From positions 58,214-122,213 of the forward strand of contig MKTD01000003.1 in the NCBI GenBank assembly GCA_001898165.1: a stretch of DNA of 64,000 nt. The letters are read 5' to 3'. Made by a program: the position numbers and the translations under genes. Numbering within the stretch: the first letter of the stretch is position 1; each line of letters starts with the position of its first letter. Source of the stretch: Bacteroidia bacterium 43-41. GTDB lineage: Bacteria > Bacteroidota > Bacteroidia > Bacteroidales > Dysgonomonadaceae. Shown here piece by piece: positions 25,301-33,679 of the stretch. The notes below the pieces were generated by a model. That model was not told the DNA's origin, searched no databases, and worked only from the letters and a program-made list of their open reading frames with translations.

Positions 25301-26452
25301 GCCACTATCGAGCCGCTCCGCGGGTTAAAAATAGAGCTGAATGCGCTGTACGAAAATAATCGCCGGACGGAAATCCAATATATGTTCGACGGGGTACCCA
25401 AGCTTTATGGCGGAAGTTTTGCGATAAGTACGATAGGCCTGGCTTCAGCTTTTGAAAACTCAAGCGCAAGGAATGATTATGCTTCGGCATCCTTCAGCCG
25501 GTTTTTGACAAACCGGGAGGTTGTGGCCGAAAGAGTGAGCGCCCAATACCAGAACCAGAGTGTGAACCCGAATTCGGCAGATGTGTTGATCCCCGCTTTC
25601 TTGGCGGCTTACACGGGACGGGATGCCCATAAGGTCGGGCTGACTGCTTTTCCCGGACTGCCGTCGCTTCTGCCCAATTGGGACGTTTCGTACAACATTT
25701 TGCAAATGTTGCCGATGCTCCAGGCAAATTTCAAATCATTGATGCTTACGCATAAATATGTTTCGCAGTATCGTGTCGGGGCGTTTTCGTCGTTCCTCAG
25801 CTGGGTGCCTATGGACGATCATTCCGACCTGGGGTATATTCGCGATGTGCTTACGGGACTGCCTGTTCCGTCGTCGCCTTACGATATTCCGGCAGTAAAC
25901 CTTATCGAAAGTTTCAATCCGCTCATCGAAGTGCGCAGTGTACTCGATAACAACATGATGCTTAATTTCCGCATTAACCGCACACGTTCGCTCAACCTGA
26001 ATATCTCATCTTATCAGATTGTGGAAACCAGCGACAACGATATCGTTATCGGACTGGGTTACCGCCTGCCCGATTTTAACCGTATTATCGGCTTCGGTTC
26101 CAACTCCATGAAAGCCGATAGGCGGCGGACACGCGTAAACCGCACACAACAAACGCAACAGGACAACGTTGGCAACTTACCGGAATTTAACAACGATTTA
26201 AACATCCGGGTGGATATCTCGCATAAAGTCACGCAGGCCCTTATTCGGAAGATCGAAGACCGGTTTACACAGGCAACCAGCGGATTGAAAACTACCAGCA
26301 TCCGTTTTTCTGCCGATTATGCATTGAGCCGGTCACTCACGCTACGTGCGTTTTTTGATAAAATAATAAACATGCCGTTAGTCTCGTCATCGGCATACCC
26401 CACCGCCAACACCAATGCAGGAATGAGCTTGCGGTTGAATTTGAATCCGTAA
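19376..26452 (+). CDS. sprA: Type IX secretion system outer-membrane translocon SprA/Sov
   Basis: 2358 aa with signal peptide (TTG start); EDEIIKNIEAGNVS, LFGIK..LQFGKL, EYIEFWLMDPF, VWVNELRL; located after ruvA as is typical in Bacteroidota. Confidence 0.93.
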   Translation: MKKAAFYNLFFIVLLSVSGMQSLFSQQDTTRKDMEVVYDYKSNLYIFQNKMGTLFTMTPDEYMKYSLKQLNSSYFKEKNAIKKKEEPAQKEPLSLFNLRKSNSLLEEIFGPGGVRVTTQGSIELTTGLKRDVLNNPTLPERSRKRNRFDLDQQIQLNVNAKVGNKINFGLNYNTDAAFNFDTRRIKLAYQGDEDEIIKNIEAGNVSMTTGNSLINGGMALFGIKSDLQFGKLRVNTVLSQQESESRTVSSRGGVQTTPFEINADQYDENRHFFLGYYFRDNYDRALAKMPYIQSAVSITRLEVWVTNKQGNYDQARNVLAFADLAEHNTIHNPIWQPAGAEIVPHNDANTMYQQLISTYVAARDISQAATAFPSNVIIGRDYEKIESARLLTSSEYTFQPQLGYISLRTPLQADEVLAVAFEYTYNGKAYQVGEFSSNIGRETTGAASNQNGALFLKLLKPVSLSPQAYTWDLMMKNIYSLGYSAYNIQKERFKLNITYQSDTTGVYLNYIPEGEIRGQLLLRVMNLDNLNSKNDPYPDGIFDFLDGYTIMAANGRIIFPVLEPFGSHLRKKFNNDAIADKYVYQQLYDSTLTVARQIAEKNKFRISGEYRGSSGAEINLNATNVTRGSVRVTAAGVTLTEGTDYTVDYISGTVNIINQAILDAGTPVTVSLEDQSMFNMQRKTMMGLNLAYDFSKDFTVGATIMHFYEKPLTVKTTFGEESVKNTLWGLNTSFRKQSYALTNLLDMLPFVEASAPSQLSANLEFAHTIPGHYRNKYTGGYSYLDDFETSTSRIDLRSPYGWALASTPFNDTSTGLFPEAALSNNIDYGKNRAQMAWFYIDGLFTRRNSTLTPTHIKNDKDQLSNHLVREIYEREIYPNKEAVYGEPPTLPVMNISFYPNERGPYNLDTGIDSEGKLLNPKNRWGGITRKMDIRDFEASNIEYIEFWLMDPFVNDKPGTARGGDLYFNLGEISEDVLKDGKKFFENGLPVNGDASAVGTSVWGKYPLRQSTVYAFDNSLGNELRRIQDVGLNGLSTEEEKSFPTYATYLNEIIPKLSDEALQEMQADKHSLLNDPSGDNFRHYRGQEQDQAQLSILDRYKYYNGTEGNSLAPNEAQPYSTASRTTPDVEDIDNDNTLNENESYYQYKVQLRPGNMTVGSNYIVDKREVSVSLRNGETGKVNWYQFKIPIRDFQSRVGNIQGFNNIRFMRMFLTGFEQPVFLRFATLELVRSEWRTYTRSIQSGGTVSGLGKLEISTVNIEENGDRTPVNYVLPPGVTRILDPSQPQLRQQNEQSIALKVSDLDPGDSRAIYKNTLYDFRRYKRLQMFVHAEEAADGATHLQDDEMSVFLRIGSDYRNNYYEYEIPLKLTPAGHYNTNIPEHQETVWKPGNMFDFPLELLTDLKLKRNAEKRRGSDVTYLTPYSEADPQKPDNKLTIVGNPSLAEVKVMMIGIRNNSNTNKSIEVWVNELRLSEFDEKGGWAAQGNVNLALSDIGAVNISGRKETVGFGSLNQRLLERRNDDYSSINLAVNMELGRFLPAQVKISAPFYYSYSNQKTVPLYDPLDQDILLSESLKNINSKQERDSINRLAVTQNTSKSLSLNNVKMNIKSKNPMPYDPANFSFGYSYNENHYQNPETEYNNSIHQRLLVNYTYTPLVKPVEPFKNIQSNSGWLKFIKSLNFNYLPNNIQISSNLIRNYQEAQLRDLNAYMSGYTQSQRQYLTFSQNFTWDRDFSITWDLTRNLKTSFHSGTIAEIEEPYLQVNKKLNRDDYEIWKDSVIQSIQNLGKPLNYEQTADVTYTLPFAAIPVLDWINSSVAYNSRYRWERGAFIRDENIGNFLQNDMSITANTRFNLIQFYNKFDFLKKVNQRFDTANPSGVSEARVAQYMLRGLMMIRSVNVNFGYKSRTDIPGFDPMIGDFFGQSHMSSGLIPGLGFAFGFDGGERFLEKADAHNWLVKNNNNISPAIYHRTQNIRMDATIEPLRGLKIELNALYENNRRTEIQYMFDGVPKLYGGSFAISTIGLASAFENSSARNDYASASFSRFLTNREVVAERVSAQYQNQSVNPNSADVLIPAFLAAYTGRDAHKVGLTAFPGLPSLLPNWDVSYNILQMLPMLQANFKSLMLTHKYVSQYRVGAFSSFLSWVPMDDHSDLGYIRDVLTGLPVPSSPYDIPAVNLIESFNPLIEVRSVLDNNMMLNFRINRTRSLNLNISSYQIVETSDNDIVIGLGYRLPDFNRIIGFGSNSMKADRRRTRVNRTQQTQQDNVGNLPEFNNDLNIRVDISHKVTQALIRKIEDRFTQATSGLKTTSIRFSADYALSRSLTLRAFFDKIINMPLVSSSAYPTANTNAGMSLRLNLNP

Positions 26453-26519
26453 ATTGTGTATCTTTGTCACGCAATAAATCGCAATAAAGATACGTATTTT
26501 TTAAACTAACAGTGTCTTT

Positions 26520-27137
26520 ATGATAAACCCAATTGTTTTGTCAAAAACAGACAGTAATACCAAACAACTTTTTCTGGAAATAAGCACCGAAAACCGGGAT
26601 GCTTTCAATGCTTTGTTTCACCGGAAATACGAAAAGCTGGTGCGGTTTGCACAAAATTTTGTTGCAGTAAACAGCCTGGCAGAAGAAGCGGTATCAGACG
26701 TTTTTGTATCGGTTTGGATCAACAGGGACAAGCTGCCTGCTATTGATAATCCCGATACCTATTTATATGTTTCCGTGAAAAACAGATGCCTCAACACCCT
26801 GCGAAGTAAACCTTATACCGTAGCTATTGATGAACAACCCGATATAAAAAAAACGGAGTACGACACCCCCCATAAAGAAATGGAGTATCGGGAGCTGTAT
26901 GAAAAACTGAACCGGTTAATCAACCAACTTCCTGAACAACAACGTCTGGTTTTCAGAATGATCAAAGAGAACGGACTTTCGGCAAAAGAATGTGCCCGGA
27001 TCCTAAATATTTCGGTTCGTACCGCAGAAACGCACGTTTACAAAGCCGTGAAGAAGCTCGAAGAAGAAATTACCGCATACCTGGGTTATTCGCCCAAGAA
27101 GAAAACAACGAAACGGATGATTATGCTGGCATTATAG
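26520..27137 (+). CDS. ECF-family RNA polymerase sigma-70 factor
   Basis: Region 2 (AEEAVSDVFVSVW...YLYVSVKNRCLN) and region 4 (LPEQQRLVF...ISVRTAETH); TATCTTTG -7 box at 26459-26466. Confidence 0.92.
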   Translation: MINPIVLSKTDSNTKQLFLEISTENRDAFNALFHRKYEKLVRFAQNFVAVNSLAEEAVSDVFVSVWINRDKLPAIDNPDTYLYVSVKNRCLNTLRSKPYTVAIDEQPDIKKTEYDTPHKEMEYRELYEKLNRLINQLPEQQRLVFRMIKENGLSAKECARILNISVRTAETHVYKAVKKLEEEITAYLGYSPKKKTTKRMIMLAL

Positions 27138-27227
27138 GTGTAAGAGGTTACGTATTTTTTATCGTTCTTGTGTCCTTATTATAAACACTGTTTAAACCCA
27201 ACTTTGAACATTAAGCAAGCAAATAGA

Positions 27228-28253
27228 ATGACAAAAAAAACATTCCTTCATCTGCTCGCAAAAGAAATATCCGGCAATATTTCGTGCGACGAGAAGAGAC
27301 GGTTGGACGAAAACCTCAAGAAAAATAAGGTTTTACATGAAGTATATACCGAAACACATCGGTTTATGAAACCGGAACACAATAGACCTGCCGTAAACGT
27401 GGAAGCCAGGCTCAACGAAGTCTGGAACCGCATCAACACGATTTATGATGAAAATATAATCCCATCAAACAATCCCGATACAGGAAAAAGAGGCCTCTTG
27501 CCGTTGTGGGCACGTGTGGCGGTAACCGTCGCCATTTTGTTGTTGGCAGGATATTTTGCGTACCGCATGGTTACACCGGAGGATCTTTACACCGAAACCA
27601 TTACTGCCACAGACGAAAATCTCTACACCGTTCTCGACGACGGCACGCAGGTGTGGATGGGCAAACACTCGCAGATTGCCTACAACAAACGCTTCGGCAT
27701 AAAAAACCGCAGTATCCGCCTTTCGGGAGAAGCGTTCTTTGATGTGGCACACAATCCCGCCGTGCCTCTCACGGTTTTGGCAAACGGTGTAAGCGTTACC
27801 GTAAAAGGTACGGCATTTAACGTAAACGCATCGCAACCCGACGTGGAAGTGGCGCTTATCCGCGGATGGGTAACGGTGAAAGATATGCGCCGAAAAGATT
27901 CACCCGAAGTGCTGTTGCATCCCAACCAAAAAATGATGGTACGCAACGGAAACACCGTTTCCGACAACAGTAACTATACGATACTCAGCCTTGTGCAAGC
28001 CGGTGACAGCATCGTGCCCGAGACCCGTTGGCTGAACGATGCGCTGGTTTTCCGGAAGCAACGTTTTGCCGGTATCGCCAAACTGATGGAAAGCCGCTAC
28101 AACGTATCCATCGATATTGTGAATCCGCAACTTCGTGAGCAACGCTTCACAGGAAGCATCAAAAACGAAACCTTACCACAAATGCTCGATGCACTGAAAC
28201 AGTCGTATCCGTTTTCGTATGAAATTACTGATAAAATAGTGATAATCAGGTGA
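27228..28253 (+). CDS. FecR-family anti-sigma factor
   Basis: One TM helix, then LDDGTQVW, LSGEAFFDVAHN, VKGTAFNV; C-terminal DUF4974-like segment. Confidence 0.92.
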   Translation: MTKKTFLHLLAKEISGNISCDEKRRLDENLKKNKVLHEVYTETHRFMKPEHNRPAVNVEARLNEVWNRINTIYDENIIPSNNPDTGKRGLLPLWARVAVTVAILLLAGYFAYRMVTPEDLYTETITATDENLYTVLDDGTQVWMGKHSQIAYNKRFGIKNRSIRLSGEAFFDVAHNPAVPLTVLANGVSVTVKGTAFNVNASQPDVEVALIRGWVTVKDMRRKDSPEVLLHPNQKMMVRNGNTVSDNSNYTILSLVQAGDSIVPETRWLNDALVFRKQRFAGIAKLMESRYNVSIDIVNPQLREQRFTGSIKNETLPQMLDALKQSYPFSYEITDKIVIIR

Positions 28254-28292
28254 TAAATTAGAACAGCCGTCAGACACGTAAAATCAAAAATT

Positions 28293-30926
28293 ATGCAACA
28301 CACAAAATATCTTTCTATCGGCATCGTGGTTTTTCTGATCGTTGCATTCGCCGCCAACGCCCAGACCAAACCCATTTCCCTTATCTCCAAAAATACACCG
28401 CTAAAGGAGGTGTTGCGGGAAATTGAGCAAAAAAGCGGTTACCGTATTTTGTATAACGACGAAGTGGTTCCCGACGGCTTGTGCGTATCAGCAGAAGCAA
28501 TTGATGAAAGTGCAAAAAATATTTTAAAACTCATTCTGGAAGAGACGGATCTGACTTTTGTCTTACACTCGGAAGAACTGATCATCATTACCAGACGACA
28601 ATATTTGAGTGAACGCAATGAAATTTTCGGTACTGTCACCGACGAAAATGCGCAACCCATCCCTTATGCCAACGTTGTACTGCTGCAAGCCAACGACACC
28701 ACACGATTGGGCTACGGCGCCGTAACCGACGGGCAAGGTTACTACAAATTGGCGAATGTGAAACCCGCAAATTACAGGTTGCAAGTTTCGTTTATCGGCT
28801 ATAAAACGCAATATTCGGAGTTTATTGTGGCCGGGAATAACCAAAGCCCCATCGTTCGCAATTTTACATTACTCGCCGACGAAACCCTGTTGCAGGAACT
28901 TGTAGTGGAAGGCCGACGTCCCGCACTAAAGGCCGAAGATGGAAAACTTGTCTATCATATTCCCATACTGTTGCAAAACAAGCCTGTGACCAATGCTTAC
29001 GATGCACTAAAAGAGATTCCGGGCGTAATGGAGCAGAACGAACAACTGACGCTCATTGGTACGAGCGGAATGACTGTCCTGCTTAATGGTAAAAAAACAT
29101 CCATGACTTACGACCAGCTGATGGCCTTTCTAAAAAGCATTCCGCTCTCGCGCATCGAAGACGTGGAAATTATGTACAGTGCGCCGCCGCAGTACAACAT
29201 CCGCGGCGCTGCCATCAACGTGATACTTCGGCAATCGGCGGAAGAAGGCATGGAAAACGTGTGGCAGGGTGAAATGGCGGGAACATTCATACAAAAAACA
29301 TATGCAATGGGCAACGGACGCGCGGGTTTGCTCTATTTAGGCAAAAAAATGAGCGTGGACGTCTTGTATTCCTACAATTACCTGAAGACGGAAGACAACG
29401 ATAAACAAACAGCCGACCATACCCTTGGAGATCGGGTATATTACATCGGGCAGGACAATTATTCACTCTCGTACAGAAAAATGCACAATATCAGGCTCGC
29501 AGCAGGACGTACTTTCACGGATGAGAGTCGTTTGGATATTTCATACAGCGGTAGTTTCGATCATTCGCAGTCCGATCGTACGGCGGATATAGAAATATCG
29601 GAAAGCAACATCCATACTACCGGCAGACATTATGGCCCTTCGCAGATGCACAACTTCAAAGCCGATTATACGTTCCGTTTCGGGCTGAACATCGGCGCCG
29701 ATTATACTCGCTACAGCGATAATTCTCATTACAGCCTGCAAAATGACCTGCCCGAAAATTCGCTGTTCGACACGCAATCAATCTCGTCCGTATCGAAACA
29801 AGACATCGACCGGACTTTTTTCTATGCCAACCAATCGCATCAATTTAACAACCAATGGCGTATAAACTACGGCATAAATTATTCACTGACACACACGCGG
29901 AATATATCGGATGCCAAACTCAACGATGCCGATTATCCCGAAGCCACCTTCGATACCCGTCAACACGAAATTATCCGCAATGCATTTGCCGGCGTATCCC
30001 GGACTTTTTCCGACAAGCTTTCGGTGCAGGCATCCCTGTCGGCCGAATTTTACAATGCCACGGAAGAATCATCGGGACAAAGCAGCACGATTTGGGACGA
30101 TCATGCATTCTTCCCCGCGTTCAACATCAGCTATACACCCGCCGAAAACCACACTTTACAGCTTTCGCTTGCATCGGATAAATCCTACCCGTCGTACTGG
30201 GCACTCAACCCATCGGTGTATTACTTCAGCGTGTACGGGGTGTTGTACGGTAATCCGCATTTGCGTCCGTCGCGGAACTACGATTTGGGACTGACGTACA
30301 TCTACAAACGGAAATACGTCATCCGTCCGTATATTTCCTATACTGCCGACCACTACACGCAACTACCCTACCAATCGCCCGACAAACTGCAACAGGAATT
30401 TATCGTGCAGAACTTCGATTTCAAGAAACAAATCGGATTACTGACGGTAATTCCGTTTACCGTTGGCAAGCGTGTTTCGTCACGATTCACGGCAAGCGGC
30501 ATGTATTGGCAGGAAAAAGACGATACGTTCTTCGATATCCCGTTTAACCGGAAAACGTTTTGGGCTTATTTTCAACTGAACAACGACATCGATTTGTCCT
30601 CGGATCCAAACCTCAAACTGAACATTTCGGGACATTACACCACGCCCACTGCCATTCAGGGTATATTCGACCTGGGCGCCACGGCCGATTTGTCGGCAGG
30701 AGTGACATGGACATTCAGCCGCGGACGCGCCAGACTCATTCTTAAAGGCAACGATCTTCTCAATACACGTACGCCTTTTGCGTCCATTAACTACAGGGGA
30801 CAAAAGAGTTCCATCGACGGTTTTCGCGATACACGCACCGCTTCTCTTTCGTTCGTTTACCGTTTTGGCGGTTACAAAGAAAAAGAACGGGAAGAAGTAG
30901 ATACGTCACGGTTTGGAACGAACTGA
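28293..30926 (+). CDS. Outer-membrane beta-barrel protein with STN-like and carboxypeptidase-regulatory-like N-terminal domains (TonB-dependent-receptor-like)
   Basis: LKEVLREIEQKSGYRILY (STN-like), GTVTDEN.QPIPYANV...SFIGYK, plug-like LKEIPGV...VLLNGK, GNPHLRP, C-terminal FVYRFG; not SusC-like and no SusD follows. Confidence 0.8.
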   Translation: MQHTKYLSIGIVVFLIVAFAANAQTKPISLISKNTPLKEVLREIEQKSGYRILYNDEVVPDGLCVSAEAIDESAKNILKLILEETDLTFVLHSEELIIITRRQYLSERNEIFGTVTDENAQPIPYANVVLLQANDTTRLGYGAVTDGQGYYKLANVKPANYRLQVSFIGYKTQYSEFIVAGNNQSPIVRNFTLLADETLLQELVVEGRRPALKAEDGKLVYHIPILLQNKPVTNAYDALKEIPGVMEQNEQLTLIGTSGMTVLLNGKKTSMTYDQLMAFLKSIPLSRIEDVEIMYSAPPQYNIRGAAINVILRQSAEEGMENVWQGEMAGTFIQKTYAMGNGRAGLLYLGKKMSVDVLYSYNYLKTEDNDKQTADHTLGDRVYYIGQDNYSLSYRKMHNIRLAAGRTFTDESRLDISYSGSFDHSQSDRTADIEISESNIHTTGRHYGPSQMHNFKADYTFRFGLNIGADYTRYSDNSHYSLQNDLPENSLFDTQSISSVSKQDIDRTFFYANQSHQFNNQWRINYGINYSLTHTRNISDAKLNDADYPEATFDTRQHEIIRNAFAGVSRTFSDKLSVQASLSAEFYNATEESSGQSSTIWDDHAFFPAFNISYTPAENHTLQLSLASDKSYPSYWALNPSVYYFSVYGVLYGNPHLRPSRNYDLGLTYIYKRKYVIRPYISYTADHYTQLPYQSPDKLQQEFIVQNFDFKKQIGLLTVIPFTVGKRVSSRFTASGMYWQEKDDTFFDIPFNRKTFWAYFQLNNDIDLSSDPNLKLNISGHYTTPTAIQGIFDLGATADLSAGVTWTFSRGRARLILKGNDLLNTRTPFASINYRGQKSSIDGFRDTRTASLSFVYRFGGYKEKEREEVDTSRFGTN

Positions 30927-31028
30927 CTTTTTTATCCCTTTGAGTTATTTTCTCGCTTTTGCGCGCATCTAAAATTACCCATTCGGTATAAAAAGCATAG
31001 GCTTCTTCATCGAATTTAACGCGTTTAG

Positions 31029-31054
31029 GAATGTAAATAAATTTATTTACATTC
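31029..31054. repeat. Perfect 26-bp palindrome
   Basis: GAATGTAAATAAATTTATTTACATTC equals its own reverse complement. Confidence 0.9.
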
Positions 31055-31232
31055 TCAACACGATATTAGCATCGATATGTAATCTTGTTCTTCGTTCTCT
31101 ATTTTTCCCATTGTTATATGTGTTGAATGTCTTTAATTTTATCGTATTTGTCATGTGTACCAATAAAGCGGATATTACAGGTAAAGGTAATTAACTTGGG
31201 GCAGGAATAAGCCTGCAGTTGAATTTGAATCC

Positions 31233-31922
31233 CTAGCCGGCACCGGCATTTATCAAATCAACCAATTCCGCGTTTTCACATTTCATAATGCGTCCGGGAA
31301 AGGTTTGAACAATGGAGTAGTTGTGGGTTGACATAATAACGGCAGTTCCCGCATCGGAAATCTGCTGCAGTAGGTCAACAATCTGACTGCCTGTTTCAGG
31401 ATCGAGGTTTCCGGTAGGCTCATCGGCAAGAATCAGTAACGGCGAGTTGAGTAACGCCCGCGCAATTACCACGCGTTGCTGTTCGCCGCCCGAGAGTTCG
31501 TGCGGCATTTTGTAAGTCTTGTTTTGCATCCCCACCTGCGTCAGCACCTCATTGATACGGTCTTTGATAACTATTTTATCTTTCCAGCCCGTGGCCCGCA
31601 GCACAAATTCCAGGTTCTTTTCTACCGTACGGTCGATAAGCAATTGGAAATCCTGGAAAACGATACCTATTTTCCTCCGCAGGTATGGGATCTGCTTCCT
31701 TTTCAGGTCTTGCAAGTGATAATCAAAAACGCGGGCATCGCCGGACTCTATCGGAATTTCGGCATACATGCTCTTGAGCAGTGTGCTTTTTCCCGACCCC
31801 ACCTTGCCAATAATATACAGAAAATCACCCCGGTTTATCTCAAGGTTTACATCGCGTAAAATAATATTTTCGTCTCTATTGAGCTGAACTCCGGTATATT
31901 TTATCAAAAATTCGTCGCTCAT
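31233..31922 (-). CDS. ftsE: FtsE-like ABC ATP-binding protein
   Basis: [42 protein letters not shown]; no ftsX adjacent. Confidence 0.75.
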   Translation of the reverse strand: MSDEFLIKYTGVQLNRDENIILRDVNLEINRGDFLYIIGKVGSGKSTLLKSMYAEIPIESGDARVFDYHLQDLKRKQIPYLRRKIGIVFQDFQLLIDRTVEKNLEFVLRATGWKDKIVIKDRINEVLTQVGMQNKTYKMPHELSGGEQQRVVIARALLNSPLLILADEPTGNLDPETGSQIVDLLQQISDAGTAVIMSTHNYSIVQTFPGRIMKCENAELVDLINAGAG

Positions 31923-32389
31923 TATTTAAGAAATTGAATAATGAACGGATATCTCCAGTATTCGCCATTATTGGCTTTGACACTAGCCAGGATAACAAAA
32001 ACCAGATAAATAATGCCCAGCACAATAAGCAACGGTATGCCGATAATGGTGATAGCTAATACCGCGCTGTAAATGAGATAGCTGATGATGAAATTCAAAA
32101 TGTTTTTACCGTGAAGGTCCACGTTGGCATTTGTCTCCTTGTTGGTTATCCACATTATTACGGGTGCTACAAATCCGGCTAACGGAAGCAGTAAACCGAG
32201 CAGTTGCGAAAGATGCATCAGCATGAGGTATGTGTTCTCTTCCAGTCCAAAAAGCGGCTTGCTGCCTGATGAAGTTGACGACGAGGCGGTGTCGTTCAAT
32301 ATTTTTGCTTTTTCGCGTTGATATTCTTCTTCGGTGATACTTCCTTTTTCGCGGAGATCGTCCAGAATTTTTAAATCTTCGTATTTCAT
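31922..32389 (-). CDS. DUF4870 membrane protein with N-terminal SHOCT domain
   Basis: LDDLREKGSITEEEYQREKAKIL (SHOCT); MLMHLSQL...HGKNILNF...WRYP. Confidence 0.8.
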   Translation of the reverse strand: MKYEDLKILDDLREKGSITEEEYQREKAKILNDTASSSTSSGSKPLFGLEENTYLMLMHLSQLLGLLLPLAGFVAPVIMWITNKETNANVDLHGKNILNFIISYLIYSAVLAITIIGIPLLIVLGIIYLVFVILASVKANNGEYWRYPFIIQFLK

Positions 32390-32452
32390 GCGTTAATTTT
32401 TTTATTTATTTTTGTTACTTAAATCGTATGAAACTCACAATCCGATAAGCAC

Positions 32453-33016
32453 TTAACTCTCGGCACCCAGCATCTTGTCAATCAAAGAAACCATTTCGTT
32501 GAATTCTTTTTCTTCATACAACCGGGTAAGCATCACTATCTTACCACTCCGATCAATAATGATATTGCGCGTGATGCCTGCATCTTTCTCGGCGTATAAC
32601 CCGAAAATATTCGCATCCGGATCCATCCCGATGGGATAAGTGGCGCCGGTAGCATCGCGCAGAACCTGAATCTTTTCTGCCGGTTCCTCCCTGTCAATAC
32701 CATATAACACAAATTGCGGATTCTCTTTATGCTTTTGCCATATCTCTTTCTCGATGTGCGGCATCTCTTTGCGGCAAACTCCGCACCAACTGGCGGTAAA
32801 TTGCAGCATCACCACCTTACCGCGCAAATTCGATAGTTTTACTTTCTTGCCGTCAGGAAAAGACATTTCAAAATCCGGTGCCGGATCACCCACTTTCACC
32901 AGATATTGGCGGTCATCGGTATTTTGAACCTGCACGGTATCTTGCTTTTTTACAGACGAGTTACACGATAACAACATCAAAAGAGATAAAAAAATGTAAG
33001 ATGATCGTTTAAGCAT
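32453..33016 (-). CDS. TlpA-family thiol-disulfide oxidoreductase lipoprotein
   Basis: Lipobox LLSC, VGDPAPDF, FTASWCGVC. Confidence 0.88.
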   Translation of the reverse strand: MLKRSSYIFLSLLMLLSCNSSVKKQDTVQVQNTDDRQYLVKVGDPAPDFEMSFPDGKKVKLSNLRGKVVMLQFTASWCGVCRKEMPHIEKEIWQKHKENPQFVLYGIDREEPAEKIQVLRDATGATYPIGMDPDANIFGLYAEKDAGITRNIIIDRSGKIVMLTRLYEEKEFNEMVSLIDKMLGAES

Positions 33017-33076
33017 ACTGTTGTTAGTTGGTTTTCAAAATCTTTTACTTTTTGCCCTAAGCCCTTCGCTTATACT

Positions 33077-33484
33077 TTACAAAGATAGTTTTTTTTCCTG
33101 TTTCCGAAATTTTTTGTATAAAAATAAAGCGATAAGCAATGCGATGAGGGAACCCAGGACGTCGGCAATGAAATCCGCCATCTCTGCGCTTCGCGAGCGG
33201 AAAAAATATTTTTGCATCAGTTCGATAGCTGCCCCGTACATTACAGGCAAAACAAATCCCCAGAAAATCCAACGTCCCATCTTGGGATGGCCGTTTTGCA
33301 ACTGGAAATAATCGAACAACGAAACGGCCGACAAGACAAAAAACATCCCGAAATGAGCCACCTTGTCCCACGCAATAATTGGCGGAAGCTGGGGAACATC
33401 GTCGGAGCTGAGCAAACAGGTTACGGCGAAAATTGCAAATCCCACAAAAAAGGGAAGAAGAATATGACGGAGATATCTATTCAT
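33077..33484 (-). CDS. VanZ-family membrane protein
   Basis: DKVAHFGMF, YGAAIELMQ, RSAEMADFIAD. Confidence 0.85.
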   Translation of the reverse strand: MNRYLRHILLPFFVGFAIFAVTCLLSSDDVPQLPPIIAWDKVAHFGMFFVLSAVSLFDYFQLQNGHPKMGRWIFWGFVLPVMYGAAIELMQKYFFRSRSAEMADFIADVLGSLIALLIALFLYKKFRKQEKKLSL

Positions 33485-33679
33485 ACGCGAACATCATTTT
33501 ACAAAAAACGCCTCAAAGATAATTTAAAAACATACGATGTGAAACGAAAATCCAAAACAGTTTCTCAATTTTAAAAACATATAACTAAAACAATCCTTTA
33601 AATTCCTGAAAAATTAGTTCCTTTGTCTGCTGAATACAAAAACGAATACAAAACGATCATTTTCGGATTACATTAGAAT

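Noticed and set aside
33077..33484. vanZ as a glycopeptide resistance gene
   Set aside because: Generic VanZ-like membrane family with no van cluster, in a Gram-negative host
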